Below are positions 13,630-28,200 of a DNA stretch of 64,000 bases, piece by piece (within the stretch, counting starts at the first letter, position 1; every line of letters begins with the position of its first letter). Source of the DNA: Chrysomallon squamiferum (taxonomy: Eukaryota; Animalia; Mollusca); the NCBI GenBank assembly GCA_012295275.1, contig CM022669.1, positions 11,284,001 to 11,348,000 of the forward strand, read 5' to 3'. A model generated the notes under the pieces. That model saw only the letters and a program-made list of their open reading frames with translations. It was not told where the DNA came from and did not search any database. The translations under genes were made by a program, and so were the position numbers.

Positions 13630-15466
13630 ATATATAATCATATACAATAACACACACATACATATACAGGCACACAAACATACACATTTTTGACACACAC
13701 ACCATTCTTACAAAAACACACACACATACTTTCATCTACCTTAAAACAGCATTTCCATTCAGTTACACAAACACACCTATATACACAGATACACATGCAG
13801 ACAAACACAGAAACACACACACACACACACAAACAACATACAGACAAAACTATCATTTAGACAAATTACAGATTATTCATAAACACATAATTTTAAATGA
13901 ATTTTTCACTGTCTATCACACAAGTTGAGTGACAGTATTAACAACATAAACTATAATTTACAAGAGGCAAAGCAGTAGTAAATGAATAAACTTTATTAAT
14001 AGTTTTGTCTTTTAATCCAGCCATTTTTATATTACTTAATTTTTCTGTTAGCACTGAATAGACTGAAGAACATCAGAGCTGGAGGAAACTACCACAGAAT
14101 AACATAATAATATATTTTTTTAAATTTTAAATTATTTTTTTGAAGGATGATATAAACCATTCTATGATTGCATATCATAACAAATCTCTCTTTTTTCTTT
14201 AATTTTCTTTCCATAAAATGTTTATAGTAGCATTTCCAAGTTATGATATATTTGAAAATAATGATTATAATGATTCAAAATTGTTTAAAAATTCCAAAGA
14301 GTAACTACAGTCTATTGCCTTGTTAATGCTGTTTTAATGCTGTTATTAGGGATTAATATTCTAACTATATTCTAAACATCAAAGGCGAAATAATAATAAA
14401 AAAACAATTTGAAATAAGCTTGAAATAAACAACAGTAGAACATACAGAAAACAAATAAACAATCTAGATTTTCATATTTTCAAATTTTCTATTCATGATA
14501 AAGATTTTTAAAACCCACATTGTGATTTAGTCAGTAAAGATTGTTTGTTTTCACTGTTTGTGAATTTTTCATGCCAGAAAATATTTGAATTTAGTGTCAG
14601 TTCATTTTGTTTTTAATGAATTCAAATATTCTTCTAAATATTTAATACAGTGAAGTTCTTTTTTTTTTCTTTTTTTTCAGGTATTTACATGTGAATTCAG
14701 TTTGTAATTGCTGAACTAGCAAATAACTAATCAAAATTGAGATTTTTAAAATGTAAAAGGAAGAAATATTTTTTAACTTTAAAATGTCAAATTTTTTAAA
14801 GTCTTAAATACGCTTTTAAAGGCAGTAATGGCTATGATTTATTTTCTGTAGAGATTAAAAAAAAAAAAAATTCAACTTCAGAATGTCATCAATAAATAAA
14901 TAAATTAATTAATTAATTAATTTATTATTCTCATATTCTTATAATTTATTGACATAGATAAAATATTTTATTATGGTTAATTTTGTTAGAAGGAAAAATA
15001 CCAGAAAATAATGTTTTTATTTTTACAAAAACAAAAATAACAAATACAGTTTATTTTACAGCTGGAATTTTTATATATGTACTGGTAGAATTTGTTTTTC
15101 TTTTATTTTATTTAATTAATTATTTAATTATTTATTAATTTATTATAAAAAATAATAATTACCTATCATTGTATTTAATCATTTGTTTTATGTTTTATTT
15201 ATTATTATTATTATTAGTTTATTTATTTATTTTGTTTGTTTGTTTGCTTCATTCATTTTTATTTTATTTTTTATTTTAGGAGATGGTTTATTTTAGTCTT
15301 TTTTTTATTGTTTATTAACTTTTTAATTAATTTGTCAATAAATGTGTAACAGATTTTCTTCTTTAATTATTTTTAAAATATATTTCTATATAATTATTAG
15401 GAATCTATTAATACAGAAAAATGTTAAGTAAATAATGGCCCCTATATATTTTAACAATTATTATTA

Positions 15467-15497
<31 letters not shown>

Positions 15498-15968
15498 TTT
15501 TTTATTATTGTTATTGTTATTATTATTATTAATTTTGTATTATTATTTATTACTATTATTATTATTATTATTACTATTATTGTTATTATTATTTATTAAT
15601 TAATTATAAAAATATATATTACAAAATAAACCAAAAAGATTTCACTTGTTTACAGACAACAATTCTAAGAACATGCATAGTTAGTATATATATATTTTAT
15701 TTATCTACATAACACAATAACATACCCTTCCCATACAGACGAATATATCCTGCAAGCATGAAATATAAAAAATATTTATCAGTTACAAAACTACATACAT
15801 ACACAGACATATCAACAAGTTATTATTATTATTATTATCTTTCTTCATTTTGTAGGGAAAACAGGACGAAAATATGCAACATTTTTGTAAACATGATTAT
15901 TTGTTTTCTAAACTGGATTTTTGTAATACCTTTGTCAAATTCAGTTTCAGCACCACCTGAATAAAATA

Positions 15969-16016
<48 letters not shown>

Positions 16017-16310
16017 AATAAATAGTTTGAGTAGAATTTAAAACACATTGGTTTTGAGTAGAATTTTAAAAAATATTGATTTTGTAACTTTATTAATGAT
16101 TTTTTAAAAATATATATATTTATTATATATATTTTTTTTTTATTAAATGATAATATAAAAATTATCATCTATTTCATGAGATATCTGAGATATGATTATA
16201 AATATCTGAGATATGATTATAAATCATTTCTCTTAAATGAAAAATAAGTGAGAAAGGCAGAATATTATTAGTGAATGTTTCTTTGATTTTAAAAATATAA
16301 ATGTTATATT

Positions 16311-16424
16311 AAAATAATAATAATAATAATAATAATAATATAATAATAAAATAATAATAATAATAATAATAATAATATAATAATAATAATAATAAAATAA
16401 TAATAATAATAGTAATAATAATAA

Positions 16425-16457
<33 letters not shown>

Positions 16458-16470
16458 AATAAATAAATGA
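16311..16470. repeat. (AAT)n tract
   Basis: Read directly. Confidence 0.92.
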
Positions 16471-17558
16471 TAAGGAAGATTAATGTTTATCTTTCACATA
16501 TTCCAGGAAGTAGAAAAATATTTTTTATATCTTTTGTTTATTTTTTCTCATTTTTTTAAAATAAATGATTTGGCTTTGGATATAACAACTCATTTAGAAT
16601 TTATTATCCCATTATAATTCATAATTGGGTGTTTTAATTATAATGATGTGGATGTTAGTTATTTTATAAACAATGTAGAAAAACTTGAATGAAATTGATA
16701 TATAATCTCTTTTTTTTAAATTTATTTTAAAGTTACAAATATTTTATATTAAATTAAAGTAATAACCATAGTTAAATTGAACACACATAGAAAACGATTA
16801 TATTTGTTGGTATAAAAAGTCCAGACAGCTTGAGTCACCATGAAAACCATAACTCTACTAAGCAAAAATCTAATAGAAAATTAATTAACTAAATTAAATT
16901 AAAGATTAACTAAATGTTAGTACAGGTTATTAAAAAGCCTTTGTTACTAACTGATACTGCATTAAGAATGAAAGGACCATTTCACTATACAACAGATTTT
17001 TAAAATGAAATTTATTTGAATTTTAATAAAATAATTTCACTTATATTTTTAATAGACGTAATAATAATAATAATAATTCAGGAGTTATTAGTTTTTGCTG
17101 ATCTAAGGAATCCTTTGTTTAATGATTTAAAAAAAAATGCTGAAATACTGATCTTTGTTGTAAACTAGCTTTGGAAAAACATTTAAAATTATATAAAAAA
17201 AAAAAAAATAATAATAATAATAATAATAATTAAATTATACATAATCGTAAATATATGTTTAGTATTTAATTTTTATGTCTTTTATATCAGAAAAAAGATA
17301 GAAAAATTACTCCTTTTTTTTTCAGAAATTTCAATATTATTGTATGTGTCTAGAATCTTTTTTGATTACACCTAGTTGAATTAAAATATTTCAACTTCAT
17401 CAATTTTATAATTAGCTGAGTTTTAATTCTTTGTTTCTAGAAATATTGTATACTAACACTAAAATTTCAAATTACCTGATAACATGAAGGTATGTTTGAT
17501 TTACTTAGAGTTTGGAAAGAAATGAAAGCTTCACAAAAAATTTCAGAATTATTATTTA

Positions 17559-17606
<48 letters not shown>

Positions 17607-17766
17607 CATATATAAATAAATAAATAACATATTCTGAATTTTTAAACCTGGTCTGTCTTGTTGGTAATAACCATATATTGCAAAGTTTTTACTTGTTAGT
17701 TCTGTAGAATATTGCAGAAATTAACTTATTTGTTTCAGTTTATATTTTTCATTTTGATTTGTGTAT

Positions 17767-17801
<35 letters not shown>

Positions 17802-17879
17802 TTTTGATATTATTTGAAAACGTAAACATACAATTGATAATTATCAATGATAAGAAAGTTTCTTTTATTGCTTGGTTAT

Positions 17880-17940
17880 TTTTATTATTACTATTACTAT
17901 TACAATTATTATTATCATTATTATTATCATTATTATTATC

Positions 17941-18011
<71 letters not shown>

Positions 18012-18110
18012 CATCATCATTATTATTATTATTATCATCATTATTATTATCTTTATTATTACTATTATTCTTGTTATTTTTGTTGTTGTTGTTGTTGCTG
18101 CTGTTGTTAT
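17880..18110. repeat. (ATT/ATC)n plus (GTT)n tract
   Basis: Read directly. Confidence 0.92.
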
Positions 18111-18857
18111 CTTTAATTTACATTTTATTCAAATTTTCATTTTATGCAGCACAGTTTCTTAAATCTACAGAGAAAAAAAAAAAGATGAAAACAATAAATG
18201 TTCATGATAACTAACCACTCAGAATACCACAACATTCCACATGCTTTTCCACTGTCTCTGTTATATTCTATAAGTTATTATCACATTTTCATGCTGAAAC
18301 AACAACTACATTCAAAACACAACTAAAGACCCATTTGTTTCAAAGCCACTTTGTTAATGTAGAGTTATGTATTATTTTTCCAGTTTTAAAATGTTCAAGC
18401 TAGTCTGTTAATTATTTTATACGATTTGGGAATGTGACAGTTATTTTTAACATGTTCATCATTATGTTTACATTATATTTTAATATGTTTAAGTCAGTGT
18501 CTTTTTGTATTTTAGTTTATTAGTTTGCACTGTAAATCAGCCTTGAACTTACTTAGTATCAAAAATATATAAATATAAATATGGTATAATATACATATAT
18601 ATATATCATGAACCTTTAGTTCTCAAACCCTTCCTACATGCTAGAATAATAATATTCTACAGGGATCAATATATTACATTAAACTAATAGTACTGGTTGT
18701 TCATACTTGACTCCAGGGTAATCTATACAACTAATATTTGTGTTTGCCAGATTAATACATTTGATAATACACACTGCCAAGAGCTTGCAAGTCCCAGGTT
18801 AAAAGAATAGGAATGAGAATGGGGCATAGCTATATTGTATGGGTCAAGTATTTGCAA

Positions 18858-18896
<39 letters not shown>

Positions 18897-19511
18897 GAAT
18901 TAATAGAAAAAAAAAAAATATATATATATAATAACAATAACAATAACAACAACCACAACACCAATAATAGTAATAATAAAGAGTAATATTAATAATTATA
19001 ATAATAAGAATTATAATAATAATAATAGCAACGACAACAACAACAACAACAACAATAATAAATAAATAAGTAATAATAATAATGACAATAATAACAACAG
19101 TAAAAATGATGATGAGAATGATGTTGAGAACTCAAGCTGATAAATTATAAGGTCAGTCTAATCATATTTTATAATATATGAATTCCTTTATTATATTGCA
19201 TGTTATTTAATTTACTTTTTAAGAATTTTTGAAAAAATTATTTATTTATCTGCTTTTTTCTTTCAGTTATTATTATTGTGATAGTTTTTATTATTATTAT
19301 TATTACTATTATTATATATATTTTTTTAATTTCTATTTTTTTATTATTATTATTATTATTATTTTTAATATAATTATTATCATTATTTTATTCTGTCTTC
19401 ATATTTTTCTTCTATATTTGATAATGTATGTGTGGTTTTTCCAAATAATACATTTTCTTTCATCAATGAACAATTAAAGATTGAAAACGTTTTCATATAA
19501 AATATCTACTG

Positions 19512-19577
<66 letters not shown>

Positions 19578-19951
19578 CAAAAATACAGTTTTACAATAAA
19601 AAAAAAAAAAAAACTTGGTGCAGTAAATCTTTAATATATTTCCAACAGACTTATTAAAAATCCTAAGACAACTGAGAACAGATATAAAATTAGTATTATA
19701 GTTTTTGCTGTTTAATAATAAAAAAAATAAAAAAACACAGAAAGAAAAACTTTGAGATATAAAAAAAAAAATGAGTAAGAAGAATTATTTTACATTTAAT
19801 TAGTGCTGTAAAAGATTTTAGTTAAATGTCAGAGAGAGAGAGAGAGAAAGAAACAGAAATAACAGAAGGGGAATGAATGTCTTTAAAAGAAGGTAGGAAA
19901 GAAAGAGAGAAAGAAGAAAGGAGGACAGAGAAATTGAAAGAAAACATAGTT

Positions 19952-20146
19952 ATATGTATGTATGTATGTATGCACGTATGTATGTATGTATGTATGTATT
20001 TTTCTATGTATGTATCTATGTATCTATGTATGTATGTATACATGTATGTGTATTTTTCTATCTATGTATGTATATATGTATGTATGTATTTTTCTACATA
20101 TGTATGTATTTTTCTATGTATGTATGTATGTATGTATGTATATATG

Positions 20147-20180
<34 letters not shown>

Positions 20181-20195
20181 TGCATGTATGTATGT
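19952..20195. repeat. (ATGT)n compound microsatellite
   Basis: Read directly. Confidence 0.93.
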
Positions 20196-20932
20196 TTAAT
20201 TAAGATTGTAAAAAAGACAAATTTGACTGATGGAAAGTAGAAAACAAGAGACAGAAAACGAAAATAAAAAATACAGTCTGTCCATAAAAACATATAAAAT
20301 TTAAATCATTTTACAATTACTGTATATACCTTATTGTCCCAAAATATTTTTCACTACTTTAAATTACGTATTTTTCTATAACATTACTACTAACAATATC
20401 TTACATGATGAACATTTTAACACATGGATTAAAAGTGCTGCTTTGCGCAGCTAGGTGATATAAATTGAGTTAATCCCCAGTGGATTAGTTGTCTAATCAG
20501 AACAACTGACTTAATAATGCCAGCGGGAAATTCATCCTTGAGTATCATGTTAAACCTTTTATTTACAATGAATTGGGGCATATTAGATTTAATCTCCCGG
20601 TATTGCATCTTGTTTTCAAATGTGTAATAAATTAGTTTTATTTCGGTCTGTGACATTTAAAAGCACTTTCTTGTTTGTAATGGAATTGTACAAGTAGTTA
20701 GATTTTGTTGATTTGGTTTTTAGATGTTTATTTATTTCGTGTTAAACTTCTTTTATTTAATGTTGTGAAGGAAATTTGTTTTTATTGTTTGTCTTCTTGT
20801 AAAGAGTTTTTTTTTTTTTTTTTTTTAATTTTTATATATTTTATTTTATGGTTATTTTATTTTATTTATTTTGATTAATTCATTTTATTTCATTATTATT
20901 TTAGTGACTAAAAAAGTTTTTTTTTTTTTTTT

Positions 20933-20997
<65 letters not shown>

Positions 20998-23406
20998 ATT
21001 TATTTTTTGATATTTTTTTTGTTATTTATTTGATTATTTATTACTTTTTATTTACTAATTTTTTTAAATGATTTTCCCTCTCATGTTTTATGCATGTATC
21101 TGTTACTTAAGTGTATCTGTGTTTTTGTGTTCATGTATGTTTTTCTGTGCCTGCTTCCTTTAAGAGTCTATATATTACTGAATACATTTACATGATAATG
21201 TATTTTGAATATAAACTGCATCTATAATTACACTGCCTAACATTTAATATGATTGTCAGTTCATTTGTTTTAAATACTATCTATTCTGAAACTTACAACA
21301 TAATAAATCTATATCTTTAAAATGGATAATTATTAACAACAAATTATATAATATAATATATTGTATAAAATTAACCTTGTTACTTTCATACTTATATTTT
21401 CAAACTTATCCAACATACGTGATTTTAATTTTTTATTTTTATTTTCAAAACACTGAACATTTTGCAATAGCAACTTTTATAACAAAATTCGGGTCTACCA
21501 GTCCTTCCATCCTCCTCTATGTTAAAACAAAACATTCCTAAGTTTAAAAGCTTTATAATAATTATAAAATTTATAGTCCATGGCACAGCACACTATTATT
21601 GTTCTAGACATCTGATGTCATTAAGACTTTATGCTGAACAAAAATGCAAGCAACTAGCAAAAAGCAAGAAAAAGCACTCTCTATGTGTTATTGTACCCCT
21701 TTCATAGGATATAAAAATAATATGTTAGTTCATTTTATTTTATTTATTTTCTTAATTAATATTTTGCGTAATATTCATAGCATCTGAATTATTTCTATTA
21801 ACAAAAGTGATTACTGATAATTTTTATTTTTTTCATTTTCAAAGTTTGACAATCAAATTCTTGTACATATCAGTTTGTTCATTTTCCAGATTTCATTTTT
21901 AAATTGATATTTCACATAATTTGAATGTTTTCTGTAAATTATATTGATATCTAATTTTATTTTATTTTCATTGATTTGTGGGGTTTGATATGTCAACTGA
22001 ATGCCAACAAAAGAATATTTAATTTTGTTTCATTTTAAAAATAATAAATATAATATTTTAGTTAATACCAGTGATCAGTTTTTCATGAATTATGTCAACT
22101 TATCACATTAATAATAAAATATATTTACTTTTGTCTTGGATTTTCAAAATTAACAATCCTTTCAGAATGTAAAGAATCACATTAATTGTTCAAGTTTTTT
22201 GTGTGTTATTTTTATTTTTTATTTTTTATTTTTAATGGCTGTAAGAACCTTGTTCAATGATTGCAAAGTCTTTTTCATTTTAATTTTCATATCTGAAAAT
22301 TCATTGACACATAAAATGCAAAATAAATCAGTGTTTCTTTGATAATAAATTGAAGCCAAAATCTTGGTTTGTGTCTAAAAAACAGCCATGTTTCAAAAGA
22401 ATTCACTTAGTCATGCAAATCAATGCTTGCCTAAGAAAATATATGTATATAATGCATGAGAAAATTATCACAGAAAAATTGTGACGTGAGATATTGGTTT
22501 AGAATATAGGCATTTACAAAACTACTTTACAATTGTTAACTTTTAAAGAAAATAATATTTAACAGTTACAAAGATTTTCTTTTTATGCCTTGAAACAAAG
22601 CATAATAAAATTATTTAAAAAAAATTATTCTTTCATATTTATTTATTTTTAATTTAAAAAAAATATATATGTTTAATTTCTTTAATAAGCCTATGAATGG
22701 GGTATCACTGTTATGTGCATTAATATAATAATTTAAATACAAACCATTCAATCTTTTATTATTAAATTATTAAAACAGTTATTATTTCTCATGAATTTTA
22801 GGCTTGGGGGAACATAATCTATGCATTTTTAAAAAATTTATTAATATATTTATTATTTTAGCTTTTCAAAATTAAATTTTCACATTTTAATAATCAAATA
22901 ACAATGAAAAGTAAAATTTAAGCAAAGATTCGTCCACATTATTTTGTTCAAGATTAAATGGTAAACACTTGAGTGGTATAGGGAATTTTTAATACATATA
23001 AAATACAACTATATAATACACACACAGGTATTACATATATATATTTAGGTTTCAGTACATTCATTTAGGTGCATTCTGCACTGTATAAATATTGCTTGAA
23101 TTACATTTTCACAAATTAAAAGCAGTATTCTAGCAGTTTTGAAATATGTGAAAAATGCAAGATAAAATATATTTTTCATTGTATAGAGAAATATATTATT
23201 TTTGTTACATTGTGTATTATTATTATTATTTATTACTTTTATTATTATTATTATTTTCATTTTATCAGTATTATCATCAACATCATTATACAATGTACTA
23301 TACTATTCTTCATGTGTGTATTATTTTTATTATACGGTGTAATATATGGTGTATTTAATGAAGATAAATGAATGTACTGACAAGAAGAAGATAAAACTAT
23401 GCTTAC

Positions 23407-23430
23407 CTCGCTTCACATTTGATGTCTCTG
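23407..23430 (-). CDS. 24-nt juxtamembrane microexon (AETSNVKR)
   Basis: TATTTTGCAG|CAGAGACATCAAATGTGAAGCGAG|GTAAGC. Strong sites, phase 1-1, joins VLN to GTFP in frame. Confidence 0.8.
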
Positions 23431-24997
23431 CTGCAAAATAAATAATAAATTATTTTACACTGATGTAAGTAAATATGTAACTTAGTAAAATGCATATAGT
23501 TAATTGCCATTTGATATATTAGATGAATGGTGTGCATTTTTATAATTAATTTTGACTCTAATGGAACAATTTAAAAACAAAAATTTACATTTTATAGTAC
23601 AAATACAAATAAACTTTCAAAAACCTCAAAAACTGAAAAACAAACTGTGTACATAACACATGCAAATGAACTGTTCAGACTGAGCCATATTTAAGTTGCG
23701 TGTCGGAAAACTATGCAAGCGTTACATTAAACTCAGTCTCTGGCGATTATTTGTAGTGTTAAAACAAATGCATGAATTAAAAAACTCTAATCAAGACTGA
23801 GTTTTATTCTGCAATAATTTTAATAACAAAATAAAAATACTTAAAACATTTAAAAAATAATGACAGATTATATTAACTCTTGATAAGGTACATTAAATTA
23901 GTATACATTTAATATAAATTTATTTCTATGTTGTAATATTTGTATATTGTAGATGTGAAAATTATGAAAAGGCGAATAATGTTTTGAAAAATGTGTAGAT
24001 TTGTGGATATTGTAATGTAGAAATGTGAAAGAAAAAAGTTTTATCATGCAAAAATAGTATTAAAAAAATAATAAAAACTGAAGAATGTAAATTAAAAATA
24101 TTTAGACATTTTCTTTAAAAAAAAAAAAAAAAACATAATGAAATTTCAATGCTGAAATTAAAAAAAAGGTGAAAAAAGAAATAATATTTAAATTATTGGT
24201 TAAAAACCCCTAAGTTTTATAATTTGCTGTTTTTTAATACACATTCAATATCTCTTTATCCAAATTTCACTTAATGATTTCATTAAAAACTATTATAATG
24301 AGAAAAAGATTTAAAGAAAAAAAGAAAGAAATAGAGTATATTTTTCTATTAAATATTGTCTGAGTATTTTATTGGGCATTTTTTTCAAACTTAATAAATT
24401 ATTAGTGTGTTTAATCCATTTTGGAAGAAAAAATAATTGACATGCAGTTATTTAAATAATCAAATTTCAAAAAAATACATATTGTGCATTTAAATGCTGA
24501 TTAAGATAGTAATTGCCAATACAAATTAATTTATATAAATTTTTAAATATAAATATTCTTCTTATTATTTTTTTTATTATTATTAGGAAAGTTAAAGGAT
24601 TTTTTTTCATAATAGTTAGTAATTTATTGATCTTGAACCAAATCAAAACTGAGTATTGAATGTTTTATACTTTATTTTTATCTCAAACTGAGAATTATTT
24701 TTAACACTAAATATTTTAAATAGTAGACATATGTATATGTCGAGGAATGAATATAGATTTCAGTGTATTTACATATCTAACCAACACATACAAATTATGT
24801 CAAATGTGTATATATCCTTATATCTAAAACATACAACTTATGTCATATATGTATGTCTGTACATGTGTGTGTAACTAACACATACTGTTTCAGTATTCTT
24901 CATTACATGTTAAAAATAACACCATATCTAATTTCAGGGCTATTAACTGTTATTTATTTATTTTTTATTTTTTTTTTTTCAACAAAGCAGCACCTAC

Positions 24998-25282
24998 CGT
25001 TGAGTACAATCACTTTGAGGCTGGCTATGTGGACATTAGAACTTCGGCAGACATAGGTGCCTGCGTCACTCATGTTGCTTCTTCTAATCTCTAACACACT
25101 ATGCAAAGTAAATGTCTTTCGATTGGGCAATTTTGAAATGGCTACCCTGCGATTACTTCGCAGTTTCAGGCCGTCTTTGAACCAGTCGACGTCTTCAGGG
25201 AGGTAATCTTTGGCTACAGCCGTACAGTTCAGTTTTATTGAGGTTCCCTTTTCCACATACCTCGTCCCAGACAAACTGATTC
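24998..25282 (-). CDS. Exon: complete Ig2 domain
   Basis: Acceptor ATTTCCAG, donor AACG|GTAGGT. 285 nt, phase 1-1. Lies inside ORF 24954..25310. L-N-C...W-F-K-D-G...D-A-G-T-Y-V-C. Confidence 0.95.
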
Positions 25283-28200
25283 CTGGAAATTGTAACGAAA
25301 ATATACTCAAAATGTTAACATCACATGGAGGGTTTTTTTGTGTTAATAATTTTTCTCTAATTTTTTTCTCCTTATATTTGGGTAATTTTTTTTTTTTTTT
25401 TTTTTTACTTTTTTAAAAAATGTTTTTTATAATTTAATTTTTATTATAATATATTAATTTTATAAATATATTGGATTTTTTTTTGCTTATTTTTTTGTAT
25501 TTATTTATTAATTAAAAACATTTTTTAGTATTTTTGTGGATTTTTTTCATTACTTTTCTTTGTATTTCTTTGTTTTTTAAAAACTTTATTAAATTTCAAT
25601 TCTTTATACAAGGGTAAATATTAAAATAACATGGACGTTTTTGCAATAACAGTTTGTTTTTCATTGGGTTTTTAAAGTTTAATTTTTATATTTTATATTT
25701 TCAAAACATATTTTAGAATATTAAGTTTTTAATACAGTTAATTTTAATAGTAAATGGATAATTTTCATTAATATTTTTTTTATTTCTTCATTTATTTTAA
25801 AAATGATATTGAATGATTTCATTAAGTTGATTTCTGATTGTTTTTTAAAAATGTATCTTTCAAACTGTTCATTAATTTTTAACGTAATTTTCTTTATTCA
25901 TTTTTCAAAATATATTTGTAGTTTGTTCATACAATGCCTAACAATCAGTTAGTACAATGTAAAATCTAATTAACAGATGAATGTTTATTTTATTTTATTG
26001 TTGTTTTTGTTATTATTATTATTATTATTGTATCTTTCTTAAGATTTAAATTTGTCTCCCTTTATATAAAAAACCCCCACTTGTTCATGGTACTAATTAT
26101 TTTATTTGTTAAGATTTTAATTTGTTTTTCTATTTTTTTCAAACTTTTTACAAGAGTCCTTACTATCTTACTCTTTATTTACTGATATTTTCAAATGATA
26201 TGGATTTTTACTTTTCACTTTTTTGGTGTAAAAATTTTTCTTTGTTGTTTCTTAACCTTATTTTTATTATTTAATTTTAATTATATAGTTTACGTTTTTT
26301 TTTTTCATTTTTTACTTAAAATTATGTCAGTTAATTAACTTTTACAATAAATTTTTGTTTTATAATTTTTTATTTAGTTTATAATTGGTTTCCTTTTCTT
26401 TTCAGTTTGTAAAATTATCTTAATATGCTTCTCAATATAATTAAATAAAATTCAAAAATAATGTTTTTTATATAGTTTATTATTTAGTTTATATTTTAAT
26501 CTTTTTTCATTTTTTTTAGATTAATACTTAATCTCATTCCTATTTTTTTACTCTTTTTTCTCTCTTTCCTTATTTGCACTTTATTGCTTTAATTTAATTT
26601 TTCCTTGTCTCAAATATAAATTATTTAATTTTAATTTATGAAAAAAAAAAAAAAAGATATAATTATCAGAAACAAGTAATAGCAACAATAAAAGTGGTAA
26701 ATTATTTATTCAGGGTATAATTTTGGATCAAGTAAATACTCAGCTTTGTTTTTTTTTCTGTTTTTTAATTTTTATTTATTTATTTTATTTATTTTATTCA
26801 TTTATATGTGTACTTATTATTATTATAGTTATTATTACTATTATCATAATATTTTTTTTCTCGTTGTGTTGTTTTTGTTATTATTGTAATCATTATTATT
26901 ATCTCTATTAAATTCATTTTTGAAATTAACATTTCTTTTTCCTTTTCTAATTTCCTTTTTCTTATTTGTTATTTTAAATTTATAAAATCTCTTTCTTATA
27001 TTTTTATGTTTTATTTTTCACTAGTACCATTTTCATGTTTCTTTTTTCTTCTTCTTTTTTCTTTTAAACTGTTAATAATAAAGATTGATTGATTGAATTA
27101 AAGAGGTCTTTTCATGTATAATTCTACTGAATAGGAAATAAAATTGCCACTGATTTCTGCTCAAAAGAATTCTCTCCCTTGGGAAATTTGTAACTTGAAT
27201 TTCTCACAATTACAATTTAAAAAACAAATTAAAAAAAAAAAGGAATTATATTTGTTCTACATTTTAGTCTTTTTGTGGAACCAGAAAAATTACTATTTCA
27301 GTCACCATAGTAATGACCTTTGACCAAATTTGAGGTTAATAATTACAGTTTCTGGACATGTTTAATGTTTGTAGTACTTCATTCATCAAGATTCTGTTCC
27401 CAACAACATGAAATATTTTGTGGAATTTTAGAATAAATAAATAAAAATAAAGTAAACATAAGACAAAATGAAATAAAATAAAATAAAACAAAACAAAATA
27501 AAATAAAACAAAATAAAAATGTATTCAATATTCAGAAGATCAAGTTTTACTGAATGTTGGCTTTTAATTTAGTATTTAAAAACCTTACATACATAATAAC
27601 TTCTCCCTCGAAATAGTCAATAAACTTTTAATAAGATCTGAAATTATTAATAGTCTGGTAAGAAGATGAACAATCAATATTTCATTATCTTTAGAACCTC
27701 TGACACAGAAGTTACTTTGTTAAGAAAAAAGAAATTAATCCATAATTTTCCATTACTTACTCAGACGTAAAATAAAAAATAACCCAGGGTCAGTGACTGA
27801 CATGTATATTAAACTCAGGTGGGTCACTCAGTCTGATATTTTTATCAGATTTAATTTGGGAACAAATCTCTTTATCATGTTCTTTTTTCTGATAATGGCA
27901 TTGTCAGTTATCTGAGGATTTCTTTCACATCATAACTGAAACCTGGGGTCACCTGATTTTTTTTTTGTTTTTTTTATTTTTTTTTATTACATTATCAATA
28001 AAATCAGAATTTTTTTTTTTTTTTTTTTTTATTATTTTTTTTTTTTTAAATAGTCTCTCAATCTATCCAATTTCTTTTTCCTTTTATTTTATTTATTTTA
28101 TTTTATTTTTATTTCAGATAATGTTATTACCAGAAACTTGGGAAGGTCGATTTCTTTTAGAATCATAATTTAAAAGGTACTGGGAAGAGATCCTTTGTCA

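Noticed and set aside
14655-14690. Plus-strand polyY-CAG|GTATTT (also 43735-43745 CAG|GTAGGT and 43951-43972) as recursive sites
   Set aside because: They are antisense to the only gene, there is no plus-strand exon evidence, and either the donor or the polypyrimidine tract is weak.
17468-17490. Minus-strand ATCAG|GTAATT (also near 47490 TACAG|GTAATG) as further ratchet points
   Set aside because: The polypyrimidine tracts are poor and the donors are not consensus; such matches are expected by chance.
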